Made by a program: the position numbers and the translations under genes. The notes under the pieces are model-generated. The model was not told the origin of the DNA. It saw only the letters and a program-made list of their open reading frames with translations, and searched no databases. Source: a virus (Duplodnaviria > Caudoviricetes). Taken from it: DNA of 57,622 nt. The DNA lies in the IMG/VR virus record IMGVR_UViG_3300015360_000048, positions 1 to 57,622 of that record, one strand, 5' to 3'. Below, piece by piece: positions 42,842 through 52,583 of this stretch. Numbering within the stretch: the stretch's first letter is position 1; every line of letters starts with the position of its first letter.

Positions 42842-44251
42842 ATGAGAAGCGACGAAGAAAGAGAAAGCGAAAGACTTCGTTTCTATAATACATTAACAAA
42901 CTCTGTTGAGCCTTTTGTTCCGATTGAGCGGAGCAATATTCGAATGTATGTTTGCGGGCCAACTGTTTACAATAACATCCATATTGGAAACGCCAGACCT
43001 GTTGTGGTTTTTGATTTACTATATCGTCTTCTAAAATGGGTTTATGGTGAAGACAATGTTACCTATACCAGAAACATAACTGATATAGACGACAAAATTT
43101 CAAATATTGTTAAGACTCAATCAGGACATGCTCCCTATTTCGACCTTCATAAAAAAGCTAAAGAATTCACTGGTGGCTTTATCCATAGTTTCAATATAGA
43201 TTGCATTGCACTTGGATGTTTGCAACCGAGTTATACACCAAAGGCGAGCGATTTTATTACTGATATGCAAGTAATGATAAAAACTCTCATAGAAAAAGGT
43301 CATACTTACGAAAAAGGGGGCAATGTCTATTTCGCCGCAGCTAGTTACCCGAAACATGGTTTGCTCGCTGGTCGAGATTTTGAGGCTACAAAAGTTGCGC
43401 GCATCTCAAAAGATCCAGACAAAAGGCATCCAGCCGATTTTCTTCTTTGGAAACATTCTGTTCCAGATAAAGATTTCGCCTATGATTCTCCTTGGGGCTG
43501 GGGTAGACCAGGTTGGCATATTGAATGCTCTACAATGGCAAAGCATTTCTTAGGCCCCACATTTGATATTCACGGCGGTGGACAAGACCTAATTTTTCCA
43601 CATCACGAGAATGAAATCACCCAATCTTGCTGCGCCAACGACACCGACAAGATGGCAAGATATTGGTTGCATAATGGTTTTGTTACTGTGAACGATAAGA
43701 AGATGTCTAAGAGTGATGGGTCAATGATCACCATAGCTGATCTTATGGGTTCGACTAAATTTGCCGGGCAAATTTGGGATGGGCAAGTTCTTCGCTGGCT
43801 TCTTTTAAGATCCCATTATAGGCACCCTCTAAACTTTTCCGCCGAAGTTTTGTTTGATGCACAGAGATCTTTGCGAGAATTATTCTTCCGCTGCCGCTTA
43901 ACTCATGGCGTTGGGGTTAGAAGAAGACATGTCGCGGTAGACATAGAATTCATTATGGCTCTATCAGATGATTTGAATACGCCAAGAGCAATTGCTAGAC
44001 TCTTTGCAATAACAGATTCTTATAGGATAGGTGATGCGCTCTTGCTGATGGGATTTAATCCAGCCCAACCTTTAGGATCAAAAGACAGTGAGGAAGATGT
44101 CATTCAGAGCCTAATCGTTCAAAGAAATTATGCACGACAAGAAAAAGATTGGAAAGAATCAGATAAGATTCGTGACGTACTCGATAAAATGGGAATCAAA
44201 GTGAAAGATTCTGTAACTGGAAGTTTAAGCACTTGGGAGAGAGTAAAATAG
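42842..44251 (+). CDS. cysS: Cysteinyl-tRNA synthetase
   Basis: MYVCGPTVY, HIGNAR, NITDIDDKI, DFLLWK, GRPGWHIECS, DIHGGG.DL.FPHHENE, KMSKS, DDLNTP, R..AR..KDW..SDKIRD.L. Confidence 0.94.
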   Translation: MRSDEERESERLRFYNTLTNSVEPFVPIERSNIRMYVCGPTVYNNIHIGNARPVVVFDLLYRLLKWVYGEDNVTYTRNITDIDDKISNIVKTQSGHAPYFDLHKKAKEFTGGFIHSFNIDCIALGCLQPSYTPKASDFITDMQVMIKTLIEKGHTYEKGGNVYFAAASYPKHGLLAGRDFEATKVARISKDPDKRHPADFLLWKHSVPDKDFAYDSPWGWGRPGWHIECSTMAKHFLGPTFDIHGGGQDLIFPHHENEITQSCCANDTDKMARYWLHNGFVTVNDKKMSKSDGSMITIADLMGSTKFAGQIWDGQVLRWLLLRSHYRHPLNFSAEVLFDAQRSLRELFFRCRLTHGVGVRRRHVAVDIEFIMALSDDLNTPRAIARLFAITDSYRIGDALLLMGFNPAQPLGSKDSEEDVIQSLIVQRNYARQEKDWKESDKIRDVLDKMGIKVKDSVTGSLSTWERVK

Positions 44252-44541
44252 ATCTCTATGAAGCTACGTTGAAAGCGTTTGAACGTTATGCTAGAATTCT
44301 TAGCAATATGGGATATGAGCCATTCAACAAAGCAGAAGTAGATGCATGCCATTTCAATCATCTTCTTTGGATGTGCGATGAATGCATGAGAACTATCTTA
44401 ACAGAAGAGCGATGGACGATAGACAAATATAATCGATGGCTTGGTTTTGTCCAAGGTGTTCTGGCAAGCAAGGGCGTTATCGATGTGAATGAAGAACGTG
44501 ATATAACAAGGGAGTGGTTTCGTGGTAAAGAGAACACCTGA
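44233..44541 (+). CDS. Hypothetical phage protein
   Basis: HLLWMC..KYNRWLGFVQGVL..EERD.TR. Confidence 0.6.
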   Translation: MGESKIDLYEATLKAFERYARILSNMGYEPFNKAEVDACHFNHLLWMCDECMRTILTEERWTIDKYNRWLGFVQGVLASKGVIDVNEERDITREWFRGKENT

Positions 44542-44680
44542 AGAGCTCGCAGAGCTGGTCGATAAGTATGTCGGTATATATGTCGACGCTCGGAGCAGAA
44601 TGAACCAAGCCAAGAAAGAATACGAAGAAGCCAAAAGATGGCTTGCACACGAAATGCGAGAATCAGCAAAAAATTAGTGC

Positions 44681-44708
44681 TTGACATCTTTCGGGAAATG
44701 TTTATATT
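44681..44708 (+). promoter_or_regulatory. sigma70-like promoter
   Basis: TTGACA-16 nt-TATATT. Confidence 0.55.
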
Positions 44709-44714
44709 AGTTAT

Positions 44715-45002
44715 ATGAACAACGGAGAACTTGAGATGAAATCCCAAACAATCAACACTTGCCGCTTCAACAAAAGCAACGAAGACGGTGTCTTAACTTT
44801 CTCGAAAGAGCTCAGCACACTTGAAGGGAACGGCTGGATACACGGCAGGCCTCATCAGATCACATTGGAATCTGAAAAGACTAACCAATTGATTTTGTTC
44901 GTTTGCACAGACGTCATTCGTGATGCAGACCAAGATATCGCCGGTTGGGTCTATATTAACCCGAACTTCCCAAAAATGACAATTAAGATTTGGAACGATT
45001 GA
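44715..45002 (+). CDS. Hypothetical protein
   Basis: ORF after promoter; GGAG RBS favours the second Met (MKSQ). Confidence 0.55.
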   Translation: MNNGELEMKSQTINTCRFNKSNEDGVLTFSKELSTLEGNGWIHGRPHQITLESEKTNQLILFVCTDVIRDADQDIAGWVYINPNFPKMTIKIWND

Positions 45003-45149
45003 GGTAAAGCATGGACGATAAATTTGGGGTGAACGGAAGAGCAAACAAGCAAGCGCTCATATCAAAGGGATATTGAACGCCTTTAGTTTCTAAGGAGTCG
45101 TTGTGTTACTAAGACGTATCATATCAGTCTTTAATGTAGAAGGCATCTC

Positions 45150-45449
45150 ATGAAAAAGAAAGATTTCACAAAAGCATCTATAGGCAAAATCTTCTATATG
45201 AAGACTGGAAAATATAGACGCTTGAATAGTGCAATGTATGTTGAAGAAAACATTGTTGCTCTATGGGAAGATCAATACGGTGAGTGTGGTTGTTTGTTTG
45301 AATCTTTTGCTAGCATAGCAGATCATATGGTCAAACCTTTTGAACACAAGCTCGACGAGTTAAAAGACCTGCACAAAATTCTTGAATATTTTAAAACGCG
45401 TCCTCATTCTGAAATACTCGTAGCATTCTCGACCGCTTTCGATCAATAA
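45150..45449 (+). CDS. Hypothetical protein
   Basis: 99-aa ORF ending at the terminator. Confidence 0.5.
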   Translation: MKKKDFTKASIGKIFYMKTGKYRRLNSAMYVEENIVALWEDQYGECGCLFESFASIADHMVKPFEHKLDELKDLHKILEYFKTRPHSEILVAFSTAFDQ

Positions 45450-45471
45450 AAAAGAGGGCCGAAGCCCTCTT
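45448..45471 (-). terminator. gp23 terminator with cUUCGg tetraloop
   Basis: Minus strand AAGAGGGC-TTCG-GCCCTCTT followed by a T-run. Confidence 0.85.
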
Positions 45472-45493
45472 AATTTATTTCTGTAAGACTTGA

Positions 45494-46861
45494 TTAGATC
45501 AAGTTCTTTACGGCGAACAATCTGTAATAGTTGTTCTTTTTGTTTACGTGGATCAAGCCATCTGCTGCGGTTGTAGCGAAAGGATGTGCTACCATGCCGT
45601 AACGTGTCTTGAAGCCGATCTTTGGCTGGAATGTGTTTTCGCCAACTGCTCTGTACATCTGAAGTGGAATGTATGGGCAGTAGAAAATACCAGCGTCAAA
45701 CGGTGAGGAACCTTTGTAACCAACGGTTACGAACTGGTTGCCTGATGTTGAATCAAAGTATGGATCGATGAACACTTTGTACTGTCCGAAGAGAGTACCA
45801 GCGAATGTGTTGCCGGTGTCATCAACTTCTAGTCTTTCGTTGCTCATTGCTGAACTGTAATCCAAGAAGCCTGCCATTCTAAATGCCGATGCTACGTCTG
45901 AGGAGCAGAGGATAAAGTTGCCCTTACCACGTCTGGTCGCTTTTGAGATAGCGTTGGCTTCACGTTCTACCTGGAACAATAGACCCTTGAACTTTTCAAC
46001 CAACCAACGACCGTTTGAATCGACGTCTAAGTCGAAGTAACCAGCGGTTTCAACGTTCTGTTGAGCGCCAATTGTTGCGGTCATGTAAATCGATCTAATA
46101 ACCTGTCTGTTGATTTCCGCTAGGATTTCGCTTGACAAGATGTTAGCCAATTCGGATTCTGCATCCAAGTTGTGAACTGCTTTCAAGTCCTGTGCGATTT
46201 CGTGAGTGTATTCAGCTTTCAATGCTCTGCTTGTTGCAGTCACTGAGATCTTTTCGATGCTGAAAGCCATTTCGTTGAATCTGTTTGAAGAAGCATCACC
46301 CAAGGCTTCACTTGCTGCGGTTGACATACCCTTACCAAGTAGGTAGGATGTGTTACCAACGGCAATGATGTCTGATGGGTCAGCGCCAGTGTGTGCACCT
46401 GATGCTGTAACGGAAGCGGTGTTACCACCAGCCGAAGCTGCGAATGTGGTGTTGGCTTCGTTAAATAGTGCTTCTACGCCAGTCTGAGTGGAGTATCTGC
46501 TACGAAGCGCGAAAATCAAACCAGTAGGCATGGTCATTGGCTGTACGCCGCAAACATCATAAGCCATAAGGTTTGGCATCGATCTACGAACAAGTGAGAT
46601 CAATACTGGATCGTAGATGTCTACGTTACCTGCAGACGCCGTGGAGCTTGAAGCGCCCATTGCGTTTGATGGTGCCGCTTCCAAAAGGTAGGACAATGAA
46701 TTTGTTCTATCTCTGGAAACTGTTTCCATATTCGACTTCAATTGGTTTTCCAAAAGAACAGCCGTTGTAGATCTCTTGTGCGCATCTGGAATGGCTTTGA
46801 GATCATCGTGATCTAAAACTGGAGCCCATTTTTCCAAAAGGCCGTTAATATCATATTCCAT
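45494..46861 (-). CDS. gp23: Major capsid protein (T4 gp23)
   Basis: LLEKWAPVL, LLENQ, DPVLISLVRR..PNL.AYD.CGVQPM..PTGLIFA, SRALKAEY, LLFQVEREAN, FYCPYIPL, FQPKIGFKTRYG. Confidence 0.98.
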   Translation of the reverse strand: MEYDINGLLEKWAPVLDHDDLKAIPDAHKRSTTAVLLENQLKSNMETVSRDRTNSLSYLLEAAPSNAMGASSSTASAGNVDIYDPVLISLVRRSMPNLMAYDVCGVQPMTMPTGLIFALRSRYSTQTGVEALFNEANTTFAASAGGNTASVTASGAHTGADPSDIIAVGNTSYLLGKGMSTAASEALGDASSNRFNEMAFSIEKISVTATSRALKAEYTHEIAQDLKAVHNLDAESELANILSSEILAEINRQVIRSIYMTATIGAQQNVETAGYFDLDVDSNGRWLVEKFKGLLFQVEREANAISKATRRGKGNFILCSSDVASAFRMAGFLDYSSAMSNERLEVDDTGNTFAGTLFGQYKVFIDPYFDSTSGNQFVTVGYKGSSPFDAGIFYCPYIPLQMYRAVGENTFQPKIGFKTRYGMVAHPFATTAADGLIHVNKKNNYYRLFAVKNLI

Positions 46862-46882
46862 TTTTATACTCTCCTTGTTTCT

Positions 46883-48259
46883 TTATTTTGTCTTATTTAT
46901 AGTTTTGTTTGGTTTGCCACTGCCGAGTAGTCTCGATATCACATCAGCGTATTGCTGACCTTCTGAGAGCATAGCTTTGGTTTCTTCAACTGCGGCAGTG
47001 ATTGGTTCATCGTCTGCATCAACTGAAGTGATGGTTGTTTGTTCAGTAAAGTAAGAATCCTTAATTTCCTGAAGTTTGCTGGAATATGTATCTTCGGAAG
47101 TGAAGTCTACACTTTCGGCCAAGGTTTTGAACTTGTCCTTTTCGTTAGCCGAGAGGCCACCCGAACTTTCTGAAATGAGCTTTTCTTTCTTCATTTCTGT
47201 TAGTTCGTCTCTTAGATTCAAGTTAGCATTGATTTCTTTGTCTAACTTTGCTTCTAGTAGTTCTGCCTTTTCAGCCAATTTACCGAGAACATCTACCTTC
47301 TGGTCGTTGATATCAACATAGTGTTCGGTGAACAATGTCTTTAGACCAACGAAGAATGATTCAGCTAGTTCAAGTTTCATGCTCTTCTGAGCAGGCACCT
47401 TGTTAGCAGTCCACCATTCGGTGATAACTTTGTCCATATAACCGTCGACTTTTTCGACCATTAGTGTGTCATACTTGTCTTTGAAAGCGTTAATTTGCTT
47501 CGTGAATTTAACCTGCAAGTCTGCTTTCTGCTCCGCAACCACCTTGTTTGCTACTGTTAGAACAGCGGCTTCAAGGATTGTCTTTGTCTTGTCTTTGAAT
47601 TTGTCGGTGATGCCTTTTTCGCCATTGAATAGAGCAGCAATGTGTTCGGAAAGATTAATGTCTTCCTTCTTTACTCTCTTTTCAATTTTGATTTTGTCTT
47701 TTTCGAGTTCGGCGTCATCTTCTTCGATTTCGTCATCTTCTTCAAGGTCATCTTTCTTAGCGTCAGCTTCTTTCTTCAAACGCTTAGACTCTTTCTTCAT
47801 ATCTTCGTAGTCATCTTTCTTAGCGTCAGCTTCTTTCTTCATATCTTCGTAGTCATCTTCTTCAAGGTCATCTTTCTTAGCGTCAGCTTCTTTCTTCAAA
47901 CGCTTAGACTCTTTCTTCACATCTTCGATGTCTTTTTCATCGTCTTCAGCAAATTCCTTTTCGTCGTCCTTTGCGTCAGCTTCCTTACGAAGCTTCTTGG
48001 ATTCCTTGGTTACATCTAGACCTTTTTCGATCTTTGAATTGGAAGAAGCAACGATGTTTTCGTCTTCTACTTCCTGGTCTTCCTTAACCATATCTTCTTT
48101 GTCTTTCATATCAGCTTCTTTCTTCATTTTCTTTTCGAGCTGAGCTTTCATGTCGAAATCAGTCTTTCCGTCGTTGCCGTCGGGATTAGACGCTTTTTCT
48201 TCAAGAACAGAAGTCGATCTTTTAACCGACTTTTTGATGGAATCCAAAATATTTGACAT
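46883..48259 (-). CDS. gp22: Prohead core scaffolding protein (T4 gp22) with repeat-expanded N-terminus
   Basis: C-terminal half FKDKTKTILEAAV, VDGYMDKVITEW, ESFF.GLK.LF.EHY; position between gp21 and gp23. Confidence 0.88.
   Translation of the reverse strand: MSNILDSIKKSVKRSTSVLEEKASNPDGNDGKTDFDMKAQLEKKMKKEADMKDKEDMVKEDQEVEDENIVASSNSKIEKGLDVTKESKKLRKEADAKDDEKEFAEDDEKDIEDVKKESKRLKKEADAKKDDLEEDDYEDMKKEADAKKDDYEDMKKESKRLKKEADAKKDDLEEDDEIEEDDAELEKDKIKIEKRVKKEDINLSEHIAALFNGEKGITDKFKDKTKTILEAAVLTVANKVVAEQKADLQVKFTKQINAFKDKYDTLMVEKVDGYMDKVITEWWTANKVPAQKSMKLELAESFFVGLKTLFTEHYVDINDQKVDVLGKLAEKAELLEAKLDKEINANLNLRDELTEMKKEKLISESSGGLSANEKDKFKTLAESVDFTSEDTYSSKLQEIKDSYFTEQTTITSVDADDEPITAAVEETKAMLSEGQQYADVISRLLGSGKPNKTINKTK
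46894..46901 (-). promoter_or_regulatory. T4-type late promoter (gp23), inside the gp22 3' end
   Basis: Exact TATAAATA about 35 nt before the gp23 ATG. Confidence 0.8.
47730..47995 (-). repeat. Intragenic tandem repeats in gp22 (KKESKRLKKEADAKKDDLEEDD)
   Basis: Identical blocks starting at 47761 and 47881 (CGTCAGCTTCTTTCTTCAAACGCTTAGACTCTTTCTTCA) plus partial copies. Confidence 0.85.
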
Positions 48260-48299
48260 TTAGCTGTCTCCTATACGTTTTAAAAATTTTATCTCTGGT

Positions 48300-48307
48300 T
48301 ATTTATA
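48300..48307 (-). promoter_or_regulatory. T4-type late promoter (gp22)
   Basis: Exact TATAAATA. Confidence 0.8.
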
Positions 48308-48310
48308 TGT

Positions 48311-48988
48311 TTAGAGTTTTTGAAGGAACTTTTGGAACAGGGCGAGAAAGGCCTCTTCTTTTTCTTCTTTCAATTGGCCGTACTCTCTAGTGATTTCATC
48401 AGCCTTAGCTTTTAGTCTGAGCTGTTCTTCTGCTAGCCACGTACCGTCTTCTCTCATTGCCCATTCAATACCTTCTACAAGGTTATTGAGGAATGCGTCT
48501 GGAGCTGAAGGATCGGCAACTATATCGCCGGCTGTGATAAAGAAGAAGTCATCTTGAATGACGCTTGAACCTCTGACAGTCTTTGTAGAACCTAATCCTC
48601 TAGAGGAGATGCCCAATGTGCATCCTTCATCCATGAAGTTCTTGATTCTCTTGCCGTGTTCATTATCCATAATCTTGGCTCTACCGATCCAGTTAGAACC
48701 TTCTCTGGTGAGCTCAGTGATGAGATGTGAAGCGCGGGAAAGATTTAGGTTTGGTGTGTTAGGATGGTCGAGTTCACCGAATGCTCTTCTCTTATTGATA
48801 AATGCTTCTCTGTAAACTTCGACTGCATTCTCGATAACATCTGAAGGATAGATTCTTCCGTTTCTGTTTTGTAGGTCAGCTTGGATAAATACACCTTCAA
48901 TATAGTAATTCTTGACGCCAGGAACCTCACCGTCTTCCTTTAAGAAGTTGGTTTCTGAGAGTTCGTTTATTTCTCGTAAGAGTTTCAT
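48311..48988 (-). CDS. gp21: Prohead protease (T4 gp21)
   Basis: YIEGVFIQA..NRNGRIYP, GELDHP, GISSRGLGS, DIVADPSAPDAF. Confidence 0.96.
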   Translation of the reverse strand: MKLLREINELSETNFLKEDGEVPGVKNYYIEGVFIQADLQNRNGRIYPSDVIENAVEVYREAFINKRRAFGELDHPNTPNLNLSRASHLITELTREGSNWIGRAKIMDNEHGKRIKNFMDEGCTLGISSRGLGSTKTVRGSSVIQDDFFFITAGDIVADPSAPDAFLNNLVEGIEWAMREDGTWLAEEQLRLKAKADEITREYGQLKEEKEEAFLALFQKFLQKL

Positions 48989-49019
48989 AGATAGATTTAT
49001 CCTTTAATAATTTCACATT

Positions 49020-49027
49020 TATTTATA
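49020..49027 (-). promoter_or_regulatory. T4-type late promoter (gp21)
   Basis: Exact TATAAATA. Confidence 0.78.
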
Positions 49028-49033
49028 AAATCT

Positions 49034-49330
49034 TCAAAGATGCCAGAGATAGTAGGCTGCGAAGCCACCAAGTATCGGAGCACCCCATTCCATAATGCGA
49101 TGGAATGTCCAAATGTTTTTATATCCACTAAGTCTGCCCAGATTTCCTTCTGTTTTCTTATCATAATGTTGTGTAGCTTCACGATCGGGCCAGAATATGG
49201 TATTTAGAATCAAAAGAACTGTAGCTGGATCAAAAATCTTCGCACATAAAAAGAATGATACAGCAAGAACCAAATGTAGTGGCCAGCCGTCCCAATTATC
49301 TTTTAGGTATTCTTTTAACTTCTCGTTCAT
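49034..49330 (-). CDS. Small membrane protein (probable start MNEKLK)
   Basis: Three hydrophobic segments; ATG overlaps the upstream stop. Confidence 0.5.
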   Translation of the reverse strand: MNEKLKEYLKDNWDGWPLHLVLAVSFFLCAKIFDPATVLLILNTIFWPDREATQHYDKKTEGNLGRLSGYKNIWTFHRIMEWGAPILGGFAAYYLWHL

Positions 49331-49758
49331 TAAGCACAGTCCGCACACTTCTTATTGTCTGGAGAATCTACAATCTCACCGCCGCAATCTTCGCAAACTT
49401 CAGCTGCTTCTGCTGTCATACGATCGAGCATTGTGTTGAGAATGGTGTCATCTTGTTCTTGCGATTGGTCTTGTGCGTCTGCTGCGGCTTTCTTCTTGAT
49501 AACCGTATTAGAAACTGCATCTCCAACGGCAGCAAGATGCCCTGGAGATTCCATTGATTCAGCTAAGTCGGGGTATCCACCTTTGCCTTCAGTCAGCTTT
49601 TTTTTCGTGGCCTGAAATAGTGCATCACCGACCTTGGTCTTTTCCAAGTCGTAGAAAGCAGCTTTCTTATCGTTTAACGATTCTTCTACATGCTTCATGA
49701 ACTCAAAGGATTTCCCCTTGGCCACATCTTTAAGCATTTTCTTTATTCCATTTCCCAT
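49330..49758 (-). CDS. Probable prohead core protein (gp67-like position)
   Basis: Directly after portal; amphipathic helical N-terminus, LTE/LAE protease-type sites; C-terminal Cys pairs. Confidence 0.5.
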   Translation of the reverse strand: MGNGIKKMLKDVAKGKSFEFMKHVEESLNDKKAAFYDLEKTKVGDALFQATKKKLTEGKGGYPDLAESMESPGHLAAVGDAVSNTVIKKKAAADAQDQSQEQDDTILNTMLDRMTAEAAEVCEDCGGEIVDSPDNKKCADCA

Positions 49759-51356
49759 GTGATTCTATCCTCTTTTTCTTCTGCTTTGTCTGCATTTTCT
49801 ATTTTCTTTGGCGATGGTTTCTTTTGTATATCTAGATTTCCATTCGCGCCGATTGGATTTCCGCTTTCATCAACAAGTGGATTCTCTTCATTTTCTTTAG
49901 TCATTTCGTCCAGAAGCTCATCCCACTCTTCTTCTGAGATTTGTAGGATGTTCTTTCTAACCCAATTTCTAGAAACAAACTTACCAATCAATGGCGATAC
50001 GGCTTCGAATGTTGTGATTCTCTGATTCCAGATTTCTGACCATTTGAATTCTGTGAAGAAGTTATCTTCTAGGAAGTCAAACGATAATTCCTGCTTCATC
50101 TCTTCCCATTCTTTAAGAGTCAAGACACCCTTAATAACCAACTGGTCACCTAGGATGTTTTCAAAGAGATAAGAGAAACGCTTTCTTAGTCTTGAGATGA
50201 ATTTACCAAAACGCAATTCGTCTCTTGTGATTTCTGATGCTCTGCCAAGATTAAAGTTCTGGGACGATTCCAAACGTGAAACTGGAACCTTTAAGGCTTC
50301 ATACAGTTTCTTCTTAAAATATTGAACGTCGTCCATCTGGCCAAGGTTACCACCTTCAGCTAGAACGTCGACCGTTGTTCCCTTACCGTCTCTCTTTGCA
50401 AACCACAAGTCATCAAGCATAGACATAAATCTACGTCTGTCTTGAACTTCACCAGTGGTTACATCGTATTGAATCTTCTTAGTCATGCGGTTCATTGTTT
50501 CTTGCATGAACTGCTCCGCCTTCTGCTTAGGAAGCATTGGAGGAATTTCTACGTTGAATACTCTCTTTTCAGAAGCTCTGGCTAGACGGTAGATAACTAC
50601 GGAGTCTTCCATCATTCTCAATTGGTTGAATGGTTTAATTGATTCTTGAAGATGAGATAAAACAACGGTATTCGTAATATCCAAAATGCCCGAGTGCACG
50701 TAAGTGATCGAGTCTGGGGCAATCTTCAAACCTTCTGGATGTGTGGTTTGTATGCCATTTGGATTGTAGATATAGAACTCATAATATTTCTTATTTACTT
50801 CGGTACCTGAGACGAACTTTTTTGATTTACGTTTTACTTCGTCTCGTACCTTCTTGATCTTTCTAGGATCAATATTTCTTAATTCTTTGATGCCCTTCTT
50901 AGGGTCTTTTGTGTCGATTACTTTGTGATAATAGAGTCTGCCATCAACATACCATCTTCTAAAGATTTCATAGCAATCGTTTTTGAAGTTGAGCATCTTT
51001 AGGATGTTATCAAATTCGCCTCTGATTTGCTTCTGCACGGCCTCTGAAATGTTAGTACAGTTTTCCATATTAAGTTCGACTGGGACAACATCTTCGTCGT
51101 AAGAGAAGGCTTCATTGATAATGTCATCAATTGCCTTTTCGATTTCAGGCTGTGCTGCAATTTCACGATATTTAGATATAAGAAGTATTTCGTCTTTTGG
51201 GGCGGCATCTGAGTTGATACCATAAGAAACGAAACCATTAGTGGATAAGTCAAACGAGCCATCTTGATTTGCATCTTCGACGAACGTTTGGACGGATTCT
51301 TGTTTACCTTCGTCTTCTTTCTTTTGACGAATTATGCTGTACCCAAAAAAATTCAT
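49743..51356 (-). CDS. gp20: Portal protein (T4 gp20)
   Basis: KYREIA..PEIE.AID.I.NEA, FRRWYVDGR, IDPRKI, NQLRMMEDSVVIYRLARA, LYEALKVP.SR, EITRDELRF.KF. Confidence 0.97.
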   Translation of the reverse strand: MNFFGYSIIRQKKEDEGKQESVQTFVEDANQDGSFDLSTNGFVSYGINSDAAPKDEILLISKYREIAAQPEIEKAIDDIINEAFSYDEDVVPVELNMENCTNISEAVQKQIRGEFDNILKMLNFKNDCYEIFRRWYVDGRLYYHKVIDTKDPKKGIKELRNIDPRKIKKVRDEVKRKSKKFVSGTEVNKKYYEFYIYNPNGIQTTHPEGLKIAPDSITYVHSGILDITNTVVLSHLQESIKPFNQLRMMEDSVVIYRLARASEKRVFNVEIPPMLPKQKAEQFMQETMNRMTKKIQYDVTTGEVQDRRRFMSMLDDLWFAKRDGKGTTVDVLAEGGNLGQMDDVQYFKKKLYEALKVPVSRLESSQNFNLGRASEITRDELRFGKFISRLRKRFSYLFENILGDQLVIKGVLTLKEWEEMKQELSFDFLEDNFFTEFKWSEIWNQRITTFEAVSPLIGKFVSRNWVRKNILQISEEEWDELLDEMTKENEENPLVDESGNPIGANGNLDIQKKPSPKKIENADKAEEKEDRITWEME

Positions 51357-51386
51357 GGTTTACCTGTTCTTTCTGAAAGGGGCGCC

Positions 51387-51938
51387 TTAGATGGCGCCGC
51401 CTGCGTTTCCTGTAATCGAGGAATCGTCTGTGATCCAGTAATCTACCGAGAAAGTAACCTGGAATGTTTGAACTTCATCAGTGCCCCAATCTAGGGAGGT
51501 TTCACCGATTGCAGTTGGCCAGAGACCAACCATCTTATAAGTTCTGAGATCGCTATTGCCTTGGCTGATTGCTGTAACTTCAGCAACCGACTTGTAAAGA
51601 GAAGGTTCAGAAGAAGGCAGTCTACGAGTGTTGCCTTCTGGGCTGTTGATAGCATTGTGCCATTCTTCCATAGCGTTCTTGATTCTAAAATCTTCATCGC
51701 TGTAGATTGTAACTGTCCAATCTTCGTAGTTCTGAGTTACACCGGCAACCTTAATGGCACGACCGAAGTATGAAAGAGAGATTGGATTGATTGTTCTTTG
51801 TGGAAGCGTTGCTGCTCTGCACATAAATGGTAGAGTGCTGTCTGCAATGCCATTGACAGGGTTTGTCAATTTCACACGGAACAGGTCTGCTCTGGCGCCG
51901 CCGAACTTCATTGCTGATCTAAATTCGTTGATATTCAT
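51387..51938 (-). CDS. gp19: Tail tube protein (T4 gp19)
   Basis: GGARADLF.V, F.CRAATLP, YFGR.IK.AG, WTVT..DEDF, G.WP...L.W, F.VTF.VDYW. Confidence 0.94.
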   Translation of the reverse strand: MNINEFRSAMKFGGARADLFRVKLTNPVNGIADSTLPFMCRAATLPQRTINPISLSYFGRAIKVAGVTQNYEDWTVTIYSDEDFRIKNAMEEWHNAINSPEGNTRRLPSSEPSLYKSVAEVTAISQGNSDLRTYKMVGLWPTAIGETSLDWGTDEVQTFQVTFSVDYWITDDSSITGNAGGAI

Positions 51939-51964
51939 CTTTTAATTGACTCCTGTTATTTTCT

Positions 51965-51972
51965 TATTTATA
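51965..51972 (-). promoter_or_regulatory. T4-type late promoter (gp19)
   Basis: Exact TATAAATA. Confidence 0.8.
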
Positions 51973-51985
51973 ACGATTTCTTGGA

Positions 51986-52414
51986 TTATTTCCCGCACCA
52001 CCATTTGTAGGCTTTGACTCCGTCCATGCCAAGTAGACGATCACCATCTAGAACAAGCCATGATTGTCTGCTTGTTACACCATTGCTACCACCATCTGGA
52101 TGGGTGTATGAAATGCTATAACTATGTGAAGCCATTTTACCTGTTTCTTTGTTCTTGGCGATTAAAATATCGAATTCACCATTTTTGAACCAAAGGCTCA
52201 TCGCGCCTGAAAATTTGACAACTCCTGAGAAGCTCACAGTATTCTCGCCCGAGCCCCTAGCTGGACCGACACTGGTCACTTGGAGATCATATTGTTTGCT
52301 CAAGACTGATTTAATCTTGGCTACGTCTTGAGTTGTCAAGACGTCTTGATCATCGTCACCTTTGCCTTCTTTTAGAACTGCTTTTTCTAAATCTACAAAT
52401 TTCTTGAATGACAT
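51986..52414 (-). CDS. Hypothetical, probable head-packaged protein (start MSFKKF)
   Basis: CTS-like MSFKKFVDLEKAVLKE; SYTHPDGGSNG motif; ATG overlaps the TGA of the upstream remnant. Confidence 0.5.
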   Translation of the reverse strand: MSFKKFVDLEKAVLKEGKGDDDQDVLTTQDVAKIKSVLSKQYDLQVTSVGPARGSGENTVSFSGVVKFSGAMSLWFKNGEFDILIAKNKETGKMASHSYSISYTHPDGGSNGVTSRQSWLVLDGDRLLGMDGVKAYKWWCGK

Positions 52415-52572
52415 CAACCGTTTCCTTTTCTTCTTTGCCAAGCAGCTTTTAAAACTAAGCTCTTGTGCAGTTTCATTTCGGGTGTCTGCTTAACTGATTT
52501 CTTTGCATTGACTTCAGCCGAGTATTTCTTCCCTATATTAGCTAGACTAATATTTCTTCTGTGTTCAGCTAA
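52414..52572 (-). pseudogene. Start-less remnant of NUMOD3-type homing-endonuclease DNA-binding repeats
   Basis: LAEHRRNISLANIGKKYSAEVNAKKS...KAAWQRRKGNG*, preceded by an in-frame TAA; no start codon ahead of the repeats. Confidence 0.55.
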
Positions 52573-52583
52573 TTATGTTACTT

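Noticed and set aside
52415-52441. Tracked TTG start MAKKKRKRL for the 51986 ORF
   Set aside because: That stretch belongs to the NUMOD3 remnant; the ATG at 52414 overlapping its TGA gives a CTS-like N-terminus and is more plausible.
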